Shown piece by piece: positions 1 to 13,252 of a stretch of DNA of 64,000 bases. Source of the stretch: Eledone cirrhosa (Eukaryota); contig OZ024747.1 in assembly GCA_964016885.1 (NCBI GenBank), forward strand, positions 12,958,001 through 13,022,000, in the 5' to 3' direction. The notes below the pieces were generated by a model that did no database searches, was not told where the DNA came from, and saw only the letters and a list, made by a program, of their open reading frames with translations. Positions within the stretch are counted from its first letter, which is position 1. The number at the start of each line of letters is the position of its first letter. The translations under genes and the position numbers were made by a program.

Positions 1-296
1 TGTGTATATATATAGTGTGTATATATATGTGTGTATATATATGTGTGTATATATATGTGTATATATATGTATATATATATATATGTATGTATATATGTAT
101 ATATATATATGTATGTATATATGTATATATATATATGTATGTATATATGTATATATATATATGTATGTATATATGTATATATATATATGTATATGTATGT
201 ATATATATGTATGTATGTATATATATATGTATATATGTATGTATATATGTATATATATGTATGTATATATGTGTGTACACACACACACACACACAT
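1..296. repeat. TA/TATG compound microsatellite ending in (CA)n
   Basis: Directly visible alternating purine-pyrimidine repeat. Confidence 0.97.
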
Positions 297-2018
297 TTAA
301 GAATGGTGCTAATTATGGCTAGTACATTCATTATCCCTTTTAGGGCAGGACTACAAATGAAGTACCTTCATATAAACTGTAAATCGGGGAATAAATAATT
401 ATAAATAAAATTATATTTTTCCCTATTTTGATTTTTACATTTATCTATATTTAGTTTTAGGTATTTTCATAGTAAAGAATGTTTTATTGTTAATATCAGT
501 TCTAATAAGTTACTGTCGTAGTTAGAAGAATGAACAATCTCAATCTTGAGTTAAGGTTGAACAGGTATATCAGCTTTACCACCCCACACTGACATATGAG
601 TACTCTTTCACACCCTCCTCTCTCTCACACTGATACACATTGGCATAATAACGTATTATATTTTTGTGACATGCATACTAAAATCTAGTCTGTCTGTCAT
701 TACCTCATTAAATGAACACTGTTGTAATTCTATAGACTGTCACCTACTTAGCTTGGAATCACTTGTCAGATTTTCATCTATTCTTCATCATGTGTTTAAT
801 GAGAACTTAAAACAAATGATATAGCTAAACTGAATGTATGTTATGTTTTCCTTAGAAGTAGTCACTCTCTCTTCATGTCATTTACTATAGAAGTATTTTT
901 ATAGTATAGTAATACTATGAACTTATCAATAGTATATATGACTATTTTTGGAAGCTGTCGTTGGAACTCTCTTCCTCTTCTTTACTATAGAGATAATAAT
1001 AATAATAACAATGATTTCTTACATCGGCATACTCAGAAATTTGGAGTCGGAGAACAGTTGATTATATTGACCCTAGTATTTAACTGGTATTATTCTAATG
1101 ACCCCGGAATGACAATGATGATGATGTTAATGATTTCTTCATCTGGCACAATGCCGTACATTTGCGTATGTTTGTGATAATGTATGGATTACATATATAT
1201 TCTATAAAACTAACCCTAGCATATTACAGGTATTTCTTTTATTAATTCTAGAAGGATGAAAAGCAGAGTCGGCCTTTCTAGGATTCAAACTCAGAATGTA
1301 GAGAGAAAAAAACTAAATATTGCAAAATAATTATTGGCCCAACATTTCTGATGATAATAATAATAGTAATAATGATAAATCTTCATATAATGCTATAGGA
1401 CTGATTATTATCAATACTTTTCTGGTATTTATTTTATCAAGCCTGAGATATGAATAGCTAATACTATCCCTTAAGATTGATACTTAAATGGGTTATTTAT
1501 TTATTTGTTTATTCATTTATTTATATATATTAGGAGAGGGTGTTAGTAAAAGGAGATGGTGTGGGTCCATCAATATTCCTGTAGTGGACTGACACACAAA
1601 ACATTGCCACAAACGATTCCTGGACCAATTTATTAACACAGCCATGACATAGATGTTGCTTCACCTGTTGCTTCAACTGCCTTTGTCCTGATGGTGTTGA
1701 AAACTCTTCTCAATTTATCAGTGACACCAGTTGTTTCTGTTGCTCCCAGTTAAAAGAAACATCTATCTAGCAGTGATATCTGTTTCTGCCACTTTTCTGC
1801 ATCCTTGGCCCCTCATTTCAACAGTATTCAAACGGTGGATCACAGCCTTTAAGCTGTTGCAATCACTGAAATTGTTGTTGACTATGGTGTCCCAGACCAA
1901 TGAGTGACCTGAAGCACACTGAAAACAGTAGCAATAATTGTTGGATGAAACTAAATACTGAATGACATTTAACCTTGTGCACTTCTGTTTTTGCCACTAC
2001 ATAAACTTGAGGATTTTT

Positions 2019-2278
2019 AAAACCCTTTCATTATCATATTTTTAATGAAAACACTGCCTATAATTTTCAAATTGTTTTTAAAATAATTAATAATTTGTAG
2101 GGATTTAGTAAAATAACTTTTACATTATTAAGTTGATGTTTGGAATATAATTTAACAAAGGTTCTTACATAAAATTGTGATGGCAGGTGTTTAGATAAAT
2201 ATAAACACTTTAAAACAAACAGTTTTATATTATTGAAATAGGGACAGTTTCAGGCAGTTTGGTATCTAAATTGTTTAA
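2019..2278. mobile_element. Degenerate TTAA-type MITE (second family)
   Basis: Resembles the reverse complement of 34955-35188 and 53523-53720; termini decayed. Confidence 0.35.
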
Positions 2279-2699
2279 CATAGACATTAACAGATTTTAA
2301 TAATGGGTAGGGGTTTAGTTTATTAAATTAAGCCCAGTATTTGATTAGTAGTTATTTATTAATCTCAGAAGAATGACAAAGTTTACCTCAGTATGATTTG
2401 AACTCAGAAAATTCTGCCAAATATTCTGTTTGACAGTCTATTCTTCTGACAAATATTTTTACATTGGTATTTGGCTGCAGATTCTAGAGTTAGGCAAAGT
2501 TGATTAACTCAACCCAAAGCAGGATTTATCTTTGTGGGTCCCATGAAAAGTTTTATACTCATTATGGAGTCTTATTTGAAACAATATTTTACAGCTGAAG
2601 ACCCTTCCTGGTTCCAAACCTTTCAGTCACTTCTTACAACACAGGAATATGGTTTAGCTGCTCTTTAACCAGATACATACAACCTATTTCTAACATGAA

Positions 2700-3125
2700 T
2701 ATAAGGCCACACATTCTTGGGAAGGGTGTAATCAATTATATCAACCCTAGTACTTGACTGGTACTTTATTTTATCAATCCCATATAGATGAAAGGCAAAG
2801 TTGACTTTAATAGTATATAATCTTGATATGTAAAGGGACATAATCATATAATGTAAGGAATTTTGTCTGCTACCTTAAAGATTTTGCCAGCTACTGTCAT
2901 TTTTTAATTAAAAACAATAATAATGGTATCTGACCAACAATTTTTTGGGGAGGGGAAAGTCGATTATATCAACCTCAATATGATACTGGTACTTTATTTT
3001 ATCGACCTCTGTAAGGGTGAAAGGCAAAGCTAACCCCAGTGGAATTTAAACTCAGAATGTAAAGAGCTGGAGGAAATACCACGCAGTACTTTCACTGACA
3101 CACCTAACAATTCTACCAACCCTCC
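2700..3125 (-). mobile_element. Two degenerate Meta-domain SINE copies (further remnants near 1000-1330 and 2310-2410)
   Basis: ctggtactttattttatc...gaaaggcaaag...aactcagaa is the reverse complement of the B-box plus Meta domain seen in the young copies. Confidence 0.7.
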
Positions 3126-3193
3126 AATGATAACAATAATAGTAATAATAATAGATTTATTTTACCACAATAGGTTTACAAATCCATATGACA

Positions 3194-3234
<41 letters not shown>

Positions 3235-3336
3235 TATATATATATATAGTTATATAAAAACGATGGGTGGGGCAAGAGTGTCATTTATTATATTGAAGCA
3301 TATTAAAAATTGATAATATAAACACTGTGGACCAAC

Positions 3337-3362
3337 TGTTAGCTGTCTAAAGACAGCTAACA
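3337..3362. other. Perfect 12-bp-arm hairpin abutting the satellite
   Basis: tgttagctgtct-aa-agacagctaaca. Confidence 0.9.
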
Positions 3363-5843
3363 TTCCCCCCATGGTGATATTATTTAGTATAACTCTTACT
3401 TTAGTAATGTTATACTGTAACTCCTATTATACCATTTGGGGAAGACTGGAAGATAATAGTATTCCCCCATGGTGATATTATTAGTTTAATTCTTAGTTTA
3501 GTAATGTTATACTGTAACTCCTATTATACCATTTGGGGAAGACTGGAAGATAATAGTATTCCCCCATGGTGATATTATTAGTTTAATTCTTAGTTTAGTA
3601 ATGTTATACTGTAACTCCTATTATACCATTTGGGGAAGACTGGAAGATAATAGTATTCCCCCATGGTGATATTATTAGTTTAATTCTTAGTTTAGTAATG
3701 TTATACTGTAACTCCTATTATACCATTTGGGGAAGACTGGAAGATAATAGTATTCCCCCATGGTGATATTATTTAGTATAACTCTTAGTTTAGTAATGTT
3801 ATACTGTAACTCCTATTATACCATTTGGGGAAGACTGGAAGATAATAGTATTCCCCCATGGTGATATTATTTAGTATAACTCTTAGTTTAGTAATGTTAT
3901 ACTGTAACTCTTATTATACCATTTGGGGAAGACTGGAAGATAATAGTATTCCCCCATGGTGATATTATTTAGTATAACTCTTAGTTTAGTAATGTTATAC
4001 TGTAACTCCTATTATACCATTTGGGGAAGACTGGAAGATAATAGTATTCCCCCATGGTGATATTATTTAGTATAACTCTTACTTTAGTAATGTTATACTG
4101 TAACTCCTATTATACCATTTGGGGAAGACTGGAAGATAATAGTATTCCCCCATGGTGATATTATTAGTTTAATTCTTAGTTTAGTAATGTTATACTGTAA
4201 CTCCTATTATACCATTTGGGGAAGACTGGAAGATAATAGTATTCCCCCATGGTGATATTATTTAGTATAACTCTTAGTTTAGTAATGTTATACTGTAACT
4301 CCTATTATACCATTTGGGGAAGACTGGAAGATAATAGTATTCCCCCATGGTGATATTATTTAGTATAACTCTTAGTTTAGTAATGTTATACTGTAACTCC
4401 TATTATACCATTTGGGGAAGACTGGAAGATAATAGTATTCCCCCATGGTGATATTATTTAGTATAACTCTTACTTTAGTAATGTTATATTGTAACTCCTA
4501 TTATACCATTTGGGGAAGACTGGAAGATAATAGTATTCCCCCATGGTGATATTATTAGTATAATTCTTAGTTTAGTAATGTTATACTGTAACTCCTATTA
4601 TACCATTTGGGGAAGACTGGAAGATAATAGTATTCCCCCATGGTGATATTATTTAGTATAATTCTTAGTTTAGTAATGTTATACTGTAACTCCTATTATA
4701 CCATTTGGGGAAGACTGGAAGATAATAGTATTCCCCCATGGTGATATTATTTAGTATAACTCTTAGTTTAGTAATGTTATACTGTAACTCCTATTATACC
4801 ATTTGGGGAAGACTGGAAGATAATAGTATTCCCCCATGGTGATATTATTAGTTTAATTCTTAGTTTAGTAATGTTATACTGTAACTCCTATTATACCATT
4901 TGGGGAAGACTGGAAGATAATAGTATTCCCCCATGGTGATATTATTTAGTATAATTCTTAGTTTAGTAATGTTATACTGTAACTCCTATTATACCATTTG
5001 GGGAAGACTGGAAGATAATAGTATTCCCCCATGGTGATATTATTTAGTATAACTCTTAGTTTAGTAATGTTATACTGTAACTCCTATTATACCATTTGGG
5101 GAAGACTGGAAGATAATAGTATTCCCCCATGGTGATATTATTAGTTTAATTCTTAGTTTAGTAATGTTATACTGTAACTCCTATTATACCATTTGGGGAA
5201 GACTGGAAGATAATAGTATTCCCCCATGGTGATATTATTTAGTATAACTCTTAGTTTAGTAATGTTATACCATTTGGGGAAGACTGGAAGATATTAGTAT
5301 TCCCCCATGGTGATATTATTTAGTATAACTCTTAGTTTAGTAATGTTATACCATTTGGGGAAGACTGGAAGATAATAGTATTCCCCCATGGTGATATTAT
5401 TTAGTATAACTCTTAGTTTAGTAATGTTATACTGTAACTCCTATTATACCATTTGGGGAAGACTGGAAGATAATAGTATCCCCCTATGGTGATATTATTT
5501 AGTATAACTCTTAGTTTAGTAATGTTATACTGTAACTCCTATTATACCATTTGGGGAAGACTGGAAGATAATAGTATCCCCCTATGGTGATATTATTTAG
5601 TATAACTCTTAGTTTAGTAATGTTATACCATTTGGGGAAGACTGGAAGATATTAGTATTCCCCCATGGTGATATTATTAGTATAATTCTTAGTTTAGTAA
5701 TGTTATACTGTAACTCCTATTATACCATTTGGGGAAGACTGGAAGATATTAGTATTCCCCCATGGTGATATTATTAGTATAATTCTTAGTTTAGTAATGT
5801 TATACTGTAACTCCTATTATACCATTTGGGGAAGACGGGAAGA
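3363..5843. repeat. Tandem satellite, about 26 units of 97-98 bp (three 81-bp deletion units), internally palindromic
   Basis: Unit ttcccccatggtgatattatttagtataactcttagtttagtaatgttatactgtaactcctattataccatttggggaagactggaagataatagta repeated head-to-tail without unique spacers. Confidence 0.98.
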
Positions 5844-6013
5844 TAAAAGCGGAATATAAACGAGTTTATAAAAGAAAGCCGAAAAATGAATAAAACTCAC
5901 CCACTTACCTGTTGTCTGTCTTCCCACGGTTTTCTTCCTCTTTTCTTTCTCTCCTGTATATCTACACACTCCAGATTAACATGTAGAAAGGATCTTGCAT
6001 TTAACTCTCTTAT

Positions 6014-6216
6014 TCTCTCTCTCTCTTTCTTGCACACACACACACATGTGCACAAATGCACTTGCACACACACACACACATATAAAATTGCACATGTGTG
6101 CACAGACACACAAAACTACACATGTGTGCACACATATATACACACACATATACACACACATATACACACATATATATGTGTGTATATATGTGTGAAACCA
6201 CATATATACACACATA
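6014..6216. repeat. CT/CA/TA microsatellite
   Basis: Directly visible. Confidence 0.9.
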
Positions 6217-7056
6217 TAAAAGCAGATATTAATTAATTAATTAATTTACATGTTCACACCCAATTAGTTGAAGCTGTGCCTGCATTAATTTCAGGGTCCC
6301 AAAAGTCTTTATAGAGTTCTTGGTCTTGTAAATAGCAGGGAAAAAAATAATTACAAACCGAACATCTCGTTCACAATACAACACACTGACCATGAAACAA
6401 ATACTACAGTTTATAATTAAACATTTCTCTCTTAACATCCTCTAATGACTGAACAGAGAATATTCTTTTCATATTTTTTATATTGAATTTTAACATCCTG
6501 TAATGATTTAATAGAAAATATTAGAAAAAAAAAAAAAGGTTTGTTAATTCAAACGTTTATAGTATCTTTTCTAATTGACAGATCGTTGTGAAAATTTGCA
6601 CTTCAATTTTTAATGTGATGCAGTCATAGTGTTGATTTGCACTTTTCAAGCTGTGTTGCTAATGTGGTTTCGTGCAGTATATAGATAACAGTTAAACTAG
6701 ACTTATCTCATCAAACAATTCTGATGACATCCATCACCACTATCACTGTCTAGCTAATTAGGAAACCTCTATGGAAGCTTGACTTGATAGAAATAGTAGC
6801 CAAATCTCCTTCATGTCATACTATTTCTGAAGCTAACAGTTTCATTTTTGTCATGCCATCACATGAGTAATTTTTACTTCACAAGTGTCAGCATTGACAA
6901 GTAACTGATTGAAATTGCACTCTTACTGCACTTTCTGTACTCTTGCTGTGTCTCCTGTACTTTTGTGTTCTTCCTGTACTCTTATATTTTCTGTACTCTT
7001 TCTGTATATACTCATATATATATACACACATATATAGATGTGTATATATGTATATA

Positions 7057-7739
7057 CAGGGTGCGGACGATATTTGTCGCAAGATTACTGTCTAGGAAAA
7101 AAAAACACAGTAGTTTTATTTTAAAAGATTTATTTATCAAACTTGGGTCAGTTTGTCTTCATGACTTGTTCTTTTGATCCCACTCGATAAACCTGCCATT
7201 GGCTTTGATGACTGCCTCAAGGTGGCCTCGGAACCAGCTACAGGCCTTCGTCACTGTCCCCCGACTTAGGCCCCTAAAGGCACTTGTGATCCTGGCCTTC
7301 AGATGGTCTTTCGTATTGCAGCTAAGTCTGTTAGTGTCTCGTTCCACTGAGCTCCACACAAAGAAATCAAGGGGGTTGCAGTCAGGCGAGCTGGGAGGCC
7401 AGATGTCGGGTGAAGTGTGGTCGACGAAGTTCTCTGACAGCCAGGCTTGGGTCTTTCGGCTGGTATGGCAGGGAGCTGAGTCTTGCTGCCACACGTACGG
7501 CCTACCTGCAGTTACCTGGTCGATCCAGGGCTTTACTACCTCACTCAGAATGCAGATGTAGCCATCGGTGTTCAGCTTGAGGCCCTCAGGGAAGAAGTGA
7601 GGTGGCATGACGTCACCTTGACTGCTGACGACACCTAAGAGCAATGTTGTCACTGGAAACTTTGTCTGCATGACTCTGGGCACATCATTGGATGAGACAG
7701 CGAACCACCTGTTGTTCTGGGAGTTGATCTTCTGGTCTT
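7057..7739 (-). mobile_element. Tc1/mariner-superfamily DD37D (maT/mori-type) transposon, 3' half with one TIR
   Basis: ORF 7159-7683 has WQQDSAPCH...WPPSSPDCNPLDF with 37 residues between the last two Asp; terminus TA|CAGGGTG at 7057; N-terminal half and other TIR not seen. Confidence 0.9.
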
Positions 7740-7828
7740 ATTTGTCCTCCCGGAGCGGATTCCAAGAAGAACTCCGTGTCTTTTCCACAAATTTGGAGGT
7801 TCAAAATTATTCATAATATATATTCATA

Positions 7829-7889
7829 ATGTATATATACACATATATATATGTGTGTATATATATATGTGTGTATATATATACATATA

Positions 7890-7920
<31 letters not shown>

Positions 7921-8013
7921 TGTTATACTTTGGGAGGGTCATGTTGCCAATTCAGAAACGAAATATATATATATATATGTATATATATATACATATATAT
8001 GTGTATATATATA

Positions 8014-8046
<33 letters not shown>

Positions 8047-8590
8047 GTGTATATATATATATATATGTGTGTGTATATATATATATATATGTGTGTGTAT
8101 ATATATATATATATGTGTGTGTATATATATATATATATGTGTGTGTATATATATATATATATGTGTGTGTATATATATATATATATATGTGTGTGTATAT
8201 ATATATATATATGTGTGTGTATATATATATATATATGTGTGTGTATATATATATATATATATGTGTGTATATATATATATATATGTGTGTGTATATATAT
8301 ATATATGTATATATATACATATATATGTGTGTGTATATATATATATATGTATATATATACATATATATATATGTGTATATATATATATATGTATATATAT
8401 ACATATATATGTGTGTGTATATATATATATATGTATATATATACATATATATATATGTGTATATATATATATATGTATATATATGTGTATATATATATAT
8501 ATGTATATATATACATATATATATATGTGTATATATATATATATGTATATATATACTATATATATGTGTATATATATGTGTATATATATA
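7829..8590. repeat. TA/TG microsatellite field with a short unique islet (7920-7962)
   Basis: Directly visible. Confidence 0.95.
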
Positions 8591-8592
8591 CA

Positions 8593-9085
8593 TGACTTTG
8601 GACATCCTGCAGGACTAAAAACAAAACCCGTCAAAGGGCAAAGGAGCTCTTAAGAGTCAATGGCCATCCAAAATCACTGGGAGAGATGACCCCTTAGCCT
8701 TTGTCAAGGCAGAATTCTAGGAGAAGGAAAACTCTGATATAACACCTGCAACTCTGATGGTATCCAATGATGTTGACTTGTTCTTCTTTTTGGTAAATAT
8801 CATCTTGGTTAAAAGAGTGGGACTGGCTTTGTGCAGTGCCTATGCTCACTATAAAAGCTTCACGGCACAGGCATTGCTTTATATCTGGAGATCTCTCTGC
8901 ACTTGTCGTCACATGGTACCATGGGCCCAGCACTATGTGTCAATAATTGTCACAGGTGTAGTGTTTGTACCAGTTTTCAAGTCGCTGGCTGGACTAAAAA
9001 GTCACACTCGTTCAGCGCATCGGTAGGGGTTCTCCTACATGGATATAAAGTAGTGGCCGTACTCGAAAACGAGTTGGCAGCCACC
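8593..9085 (+). mobile_element. Non-autonomous bipartite RTE-derived element, copy 1
   Basis: RTE 5'UTR-like motif tctaggagaaggaaaactctga joined to a frameshifted C2H2 finger (CSVC...[15 protein letters not shown]) and 3' hairpin gtggc-gtactcgaaaacgag-...-gccacc. Confidence 0.8.
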
Positions 9086-9467
9086 ATATATATATATATG
9101 TATATATATATGTATGTATATATGTATATATATATGTATGTATATATGTATATATGTATATGTGTATATATATATATATGTATATATGTATATATATATA
9201 TGTGTATATATATATATATATGTATATATGTATATATATATATGTGTATATATGTATATATATATATATGTATATATATATGTATATATATGTATATATA
9301 TATATATGTATATATATGTATATATATATATATGTATATATATGTATATGTGTGTATATATATATATATGTATATATATGTATATATATGTATATATATA
9401 TATATGTATATATATGTATATATATGTATATATATATATATGTATATATATATGTATGTATATGTGT

Positions 9468-9498
<31 letters not shown>

Positions 9499-9990
9499 TA
9501 TGTATGTATATATGTATATATATATGTATGTATATATGTATATATATATATATGTATGTATATATGTATGTATATATATATGTATGTATATATGTATGTA
9601 TATATGTATATATATATATATGTATATATATATGTATGTATATATGTATGTATATATGTATATATGTATATATGTATATATATATGTATGTATATATATA
9701 TATATGTATATATATATGTATGTATATATGTATATATATGTATATATGTATATATATGTATATATATGTATATATGTATGTATATGTATATATGTATATA
9801 TATATATATATGTATATATATATGTATATGTATATATATATGTATGTATATATGTATATGTGTATATATATGTATATGTGTATATATATGTATATGTATG
9901 TATATATGTATGTATGTATGTGTATATATGTGTATGTATGTATATATATATGTATGTATATATGTATATATATATATGTATGTATATATG

Positions 9991-10025
<35 letters not shown>

Positions 10026-10140
10026 GTATGTGTATATGTATGTATGTATGTATGTATATGTGTATGTATGTATATGTATATATGTATGTATGTATGTGTA
10101 TGTGTATGTATGTATATATATATGTATATATATGTGTATG

Positions 10141-10173
<33 letters not shown>

Positions 10174-10246
10174 GTATGTATGTATATATATATGTATATA
10201 TATATGTATGTATATATATATGTATATATGTATGTATGTATATGTG

Positions 10247-10279
<33 letters not shown>

Positions 10280-10426
10280 GTATATATATGTATATATATA
10301 TATATGTATATATATGTATATATATATATATGTATATATGTGTATATATATATATATGTATGTATGTATGTATATATGTATGTATGTATATATGTATATA
10401 TGTATATATGTATATATATATATATA
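9086..10426. repeat. TA/TATG microsatellite field
   Basis: Directly visible. Confidence 0.97.
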
Positions 10427-10941
10427 CCAAGGTTTCTTGGTGAGGAGGGTGACTTTGGACATCCTGCAGGACTAAAAACAAAACCTGTCAAAGGGCAAAG
10501 GAGCTCTTAAGACTCAATAGCCATCCAAAATCACCGGGAGAGATGACCCCTTAGCCTTTGTCAAGGCAGAATTCTAGGAGAAGGAAAACTCTGATATAAC
10601 ACCTGCAACCCTGATGGTATCCAATGATGTTGACTTGTTCTTCTTTTTGGTAAATATCTTGGTTAAGAGAGTGGGACTGGCTTTGTGCAGTGCCTTTGCT
10701 CACTATAAAAGCTTCACAGCACAGGCATTGCTTTGTATCTGGAGATCTCTCTGCACTTGTCGTCACATGGTACCATGGGCCCTGCACTATGTGTCAATAA
10801 TGGTCACAAGTGTAGTCTTTGTACCAGAGTTTTCAAGTCGCTGGCTGGACTAAAAAGTCACATTCGTTCAGCGCATCGGTAGGGGTTCTCCTACATGGAT
10901 ATAAAGTAGTGGCCGTACTCGAAAACGAGTTGGCAGCCACC
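10427..10941 (+). mobile_element. Non-autonomous bipartite RTE-derived element, copy 2 (longest)
   Basis: Near-identical to copy 1; intact finger [25 protein letters not shown] at about 10805-10882. Confidence 0.82.
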
Positions 10942-11032
10942 ATGTATATATATGTATATATATATGTATGTATATGTGTATATGTGTCTGTATATATATG
11001 TGTATGTATGTGTATGTGTATATGTCTGTATG

Positions 11033-11063
<31 letters not shown>

Positions 11064-11350
11064 GTGTATATATGTGTATGTGTATGTATATATGTATGTG
11101 TATATATATGTATATATGTCTGTATATGTATATGTATGTATGTATGTATGTATATGTATATGTATGTCTATATGTATATGTATGTCTGTATATATATGTA
11201 TATATGTGTCTGTATATATATATATATGTGTGTCTGTATATATATATATATATATGTCTGTATGTGTATATGTATGTATGTATATATGTATATGTATATG
11301 TCTATATATATATATATATATATGTCTGTATGTGTGTATGTATGTGTATG

Positions 11351-11381
<31 letters not shown>

Positions 11382-11440
11382 CTGTATATATATGTGTATG
11401 TGTGTGTATGTATATATATATGTATGTATATGTATATGTA

Positions 11441-11895
11441 TCAAAGGGCAAAGGAGCTCTTAAGAGTCAATGGCCATCCAAAATCACCGGGAGAGATGAC
11501 CCCTTAGCCTTTGTCAAGGCAGAATTCTAGGAGAAGGAAAACTCTGATATAACACCTGCAACCCTGATGGTATCCAATGATGTTGACTTGTTCTTCTTTT
11601 TGGTAAATATCATCTTGGTTAAGAGAGTGGGACTGGCTTTGTGCAGTGCCTTTGCTCACTATAAAAGCTTCACGGCACAGGCATTGCTTTATATCTGGAG
11701 ATCTCTCTGCACTTGTCCTCACATGGTACCATGGGCCCAGCACTATGTGTCAATAATTGTCACAGGTGTAGTGTTTGTACCAGATTTTTCAAGTCGCTGG
11801 CTGGACTAAAAAGTCACACTCGTTCAGCGCTTCGGTAGGGGTTCTCTTACATGGATATAAAGTAGTGGCCGTACTCGAAAACGAGTTGGCAGCCA

Positions 11896-11897
<2 letters not shown>
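11441..11897 (+). mobile_element. Non-autonomous bipartite RTE-derived element, copy 3 (most 5'-truncated)
   Basis: Near-identical to copies 1 and 2, same 3' end cagccacc followed by (AT)n. Confidence 0.8.
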
Positions 11898-11933
<36 letters not shown>

Positions 11934-12316
11934 GTGTGTATATATATATATATACATATGTGTATATATATGTGTATATATATACATATGTGTATATATA
12001 TATGTGTATATATATGTGTATATATATGTGTATATATATGTGTATATATATATATACATATGTGTATATATATATGTGTATATATATGTGTATATATATG
12101 TGTATATATATATATACATATGTGTATATATATGTGTGTATATATATGTGTATATATGTGTATATATATATATACATATGTGTATATATATGTGTATATA
12201 TGTGTATATATATATATATACATATGTGTATATATATATGTGTATATATATATATATATATATACATATGTGTATATATATGTGTATATATATATATATA
12301 TATATACATATGTGTA

Positions 12317-12353
<37 letters not shown>

Positions 12354-12372
12354 GTGTATATATATATGTGTA

Positions 12373-12409
<37 letters not shown>

Positions 12410-12436
12410 ATATATATATATGTGTGTATATATATA

Positions 12437-12796
12437 TCATCATCATCATCATCATCACCGTTTTACGTCCGTTCTTCCACGCTAGCATGGGTTAGACGGG
12501 TTGTCCTGTTGTGGGCAGTGTCTGGTCGGCTGACCATGCCTTGCTCATACAGGAACTGATCTGGCTTGATTTCTACAGCTGGATGCCCTTCCTAACACCA
12601 ACCTCATTTACAGTGAGTGCTGGGTGCTTTTTCGTGGCGCCTACACGTCCACTTTACAGTGTGGCCTGGGTGCTTTTTTGCCGTGGCACCTCCACGGCCA
12701 CCTTGCGGTGGGGGGGGGGGGGGGCATATTGTTTATATGCTTCAGCATGTACCCATGGGAGGTCGGGTACCCTGTATTACTGCGTGACGCCAGTGT
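12437..12796 (-). mobile_element. 5'-truncated retroelement tail (RTE 3'UTR-like, GAT tail)
   Basis: Minus strand has ggttggtgttaggaagggcatccagctgtagaaa...aacccatgctagcgtggaa...(gat)n; inverted copy at 16212-16582, partial copy at 19484-19598. Confidence 0.8.
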
Positions 12797-12879
12797 GTAT
12801 ATATATCTGTATATATATATATATATACACATATGTATATATATATATATATATATATGTATAAATATATATATATATA

Positions 12880-12913
<34 letters not shown>

Positions 12914-13083
12914 CATGTGTGTATATATATATATACATGTGTGTGTATATATATATATATATGTATATATGTATATATGTATATATATATATATGTATGT
13001 ATATATGTATATATATATATATGTATGTATGTATATATATATATATATATATGTATGTATATATATATATATATATATGTATG

Positions 13084-13118
<35 letters not shown>

Positions 13119-13252
13119 GTGTATATATATATATGTATATATATATATGTGTATATATATGTATATATATATATATGTATATATATATATGTGTATATAT
13201 ATGTATATATATATATATAATGTGTATATATATATATATATATATATATGTG

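Noticed and set aside
3363-5843. CRISPR-like array of palindromic repeats
   Set aside because: No unique spacers, units are 97-98 bp, no cas genes, and the context is eukaryotic
8694-8933. Repeated 78-79 aa minus-strand ORFs (also 10551 and 11504) as a small gene family
   Set aside because: Antisense frames of the three retroelement copies
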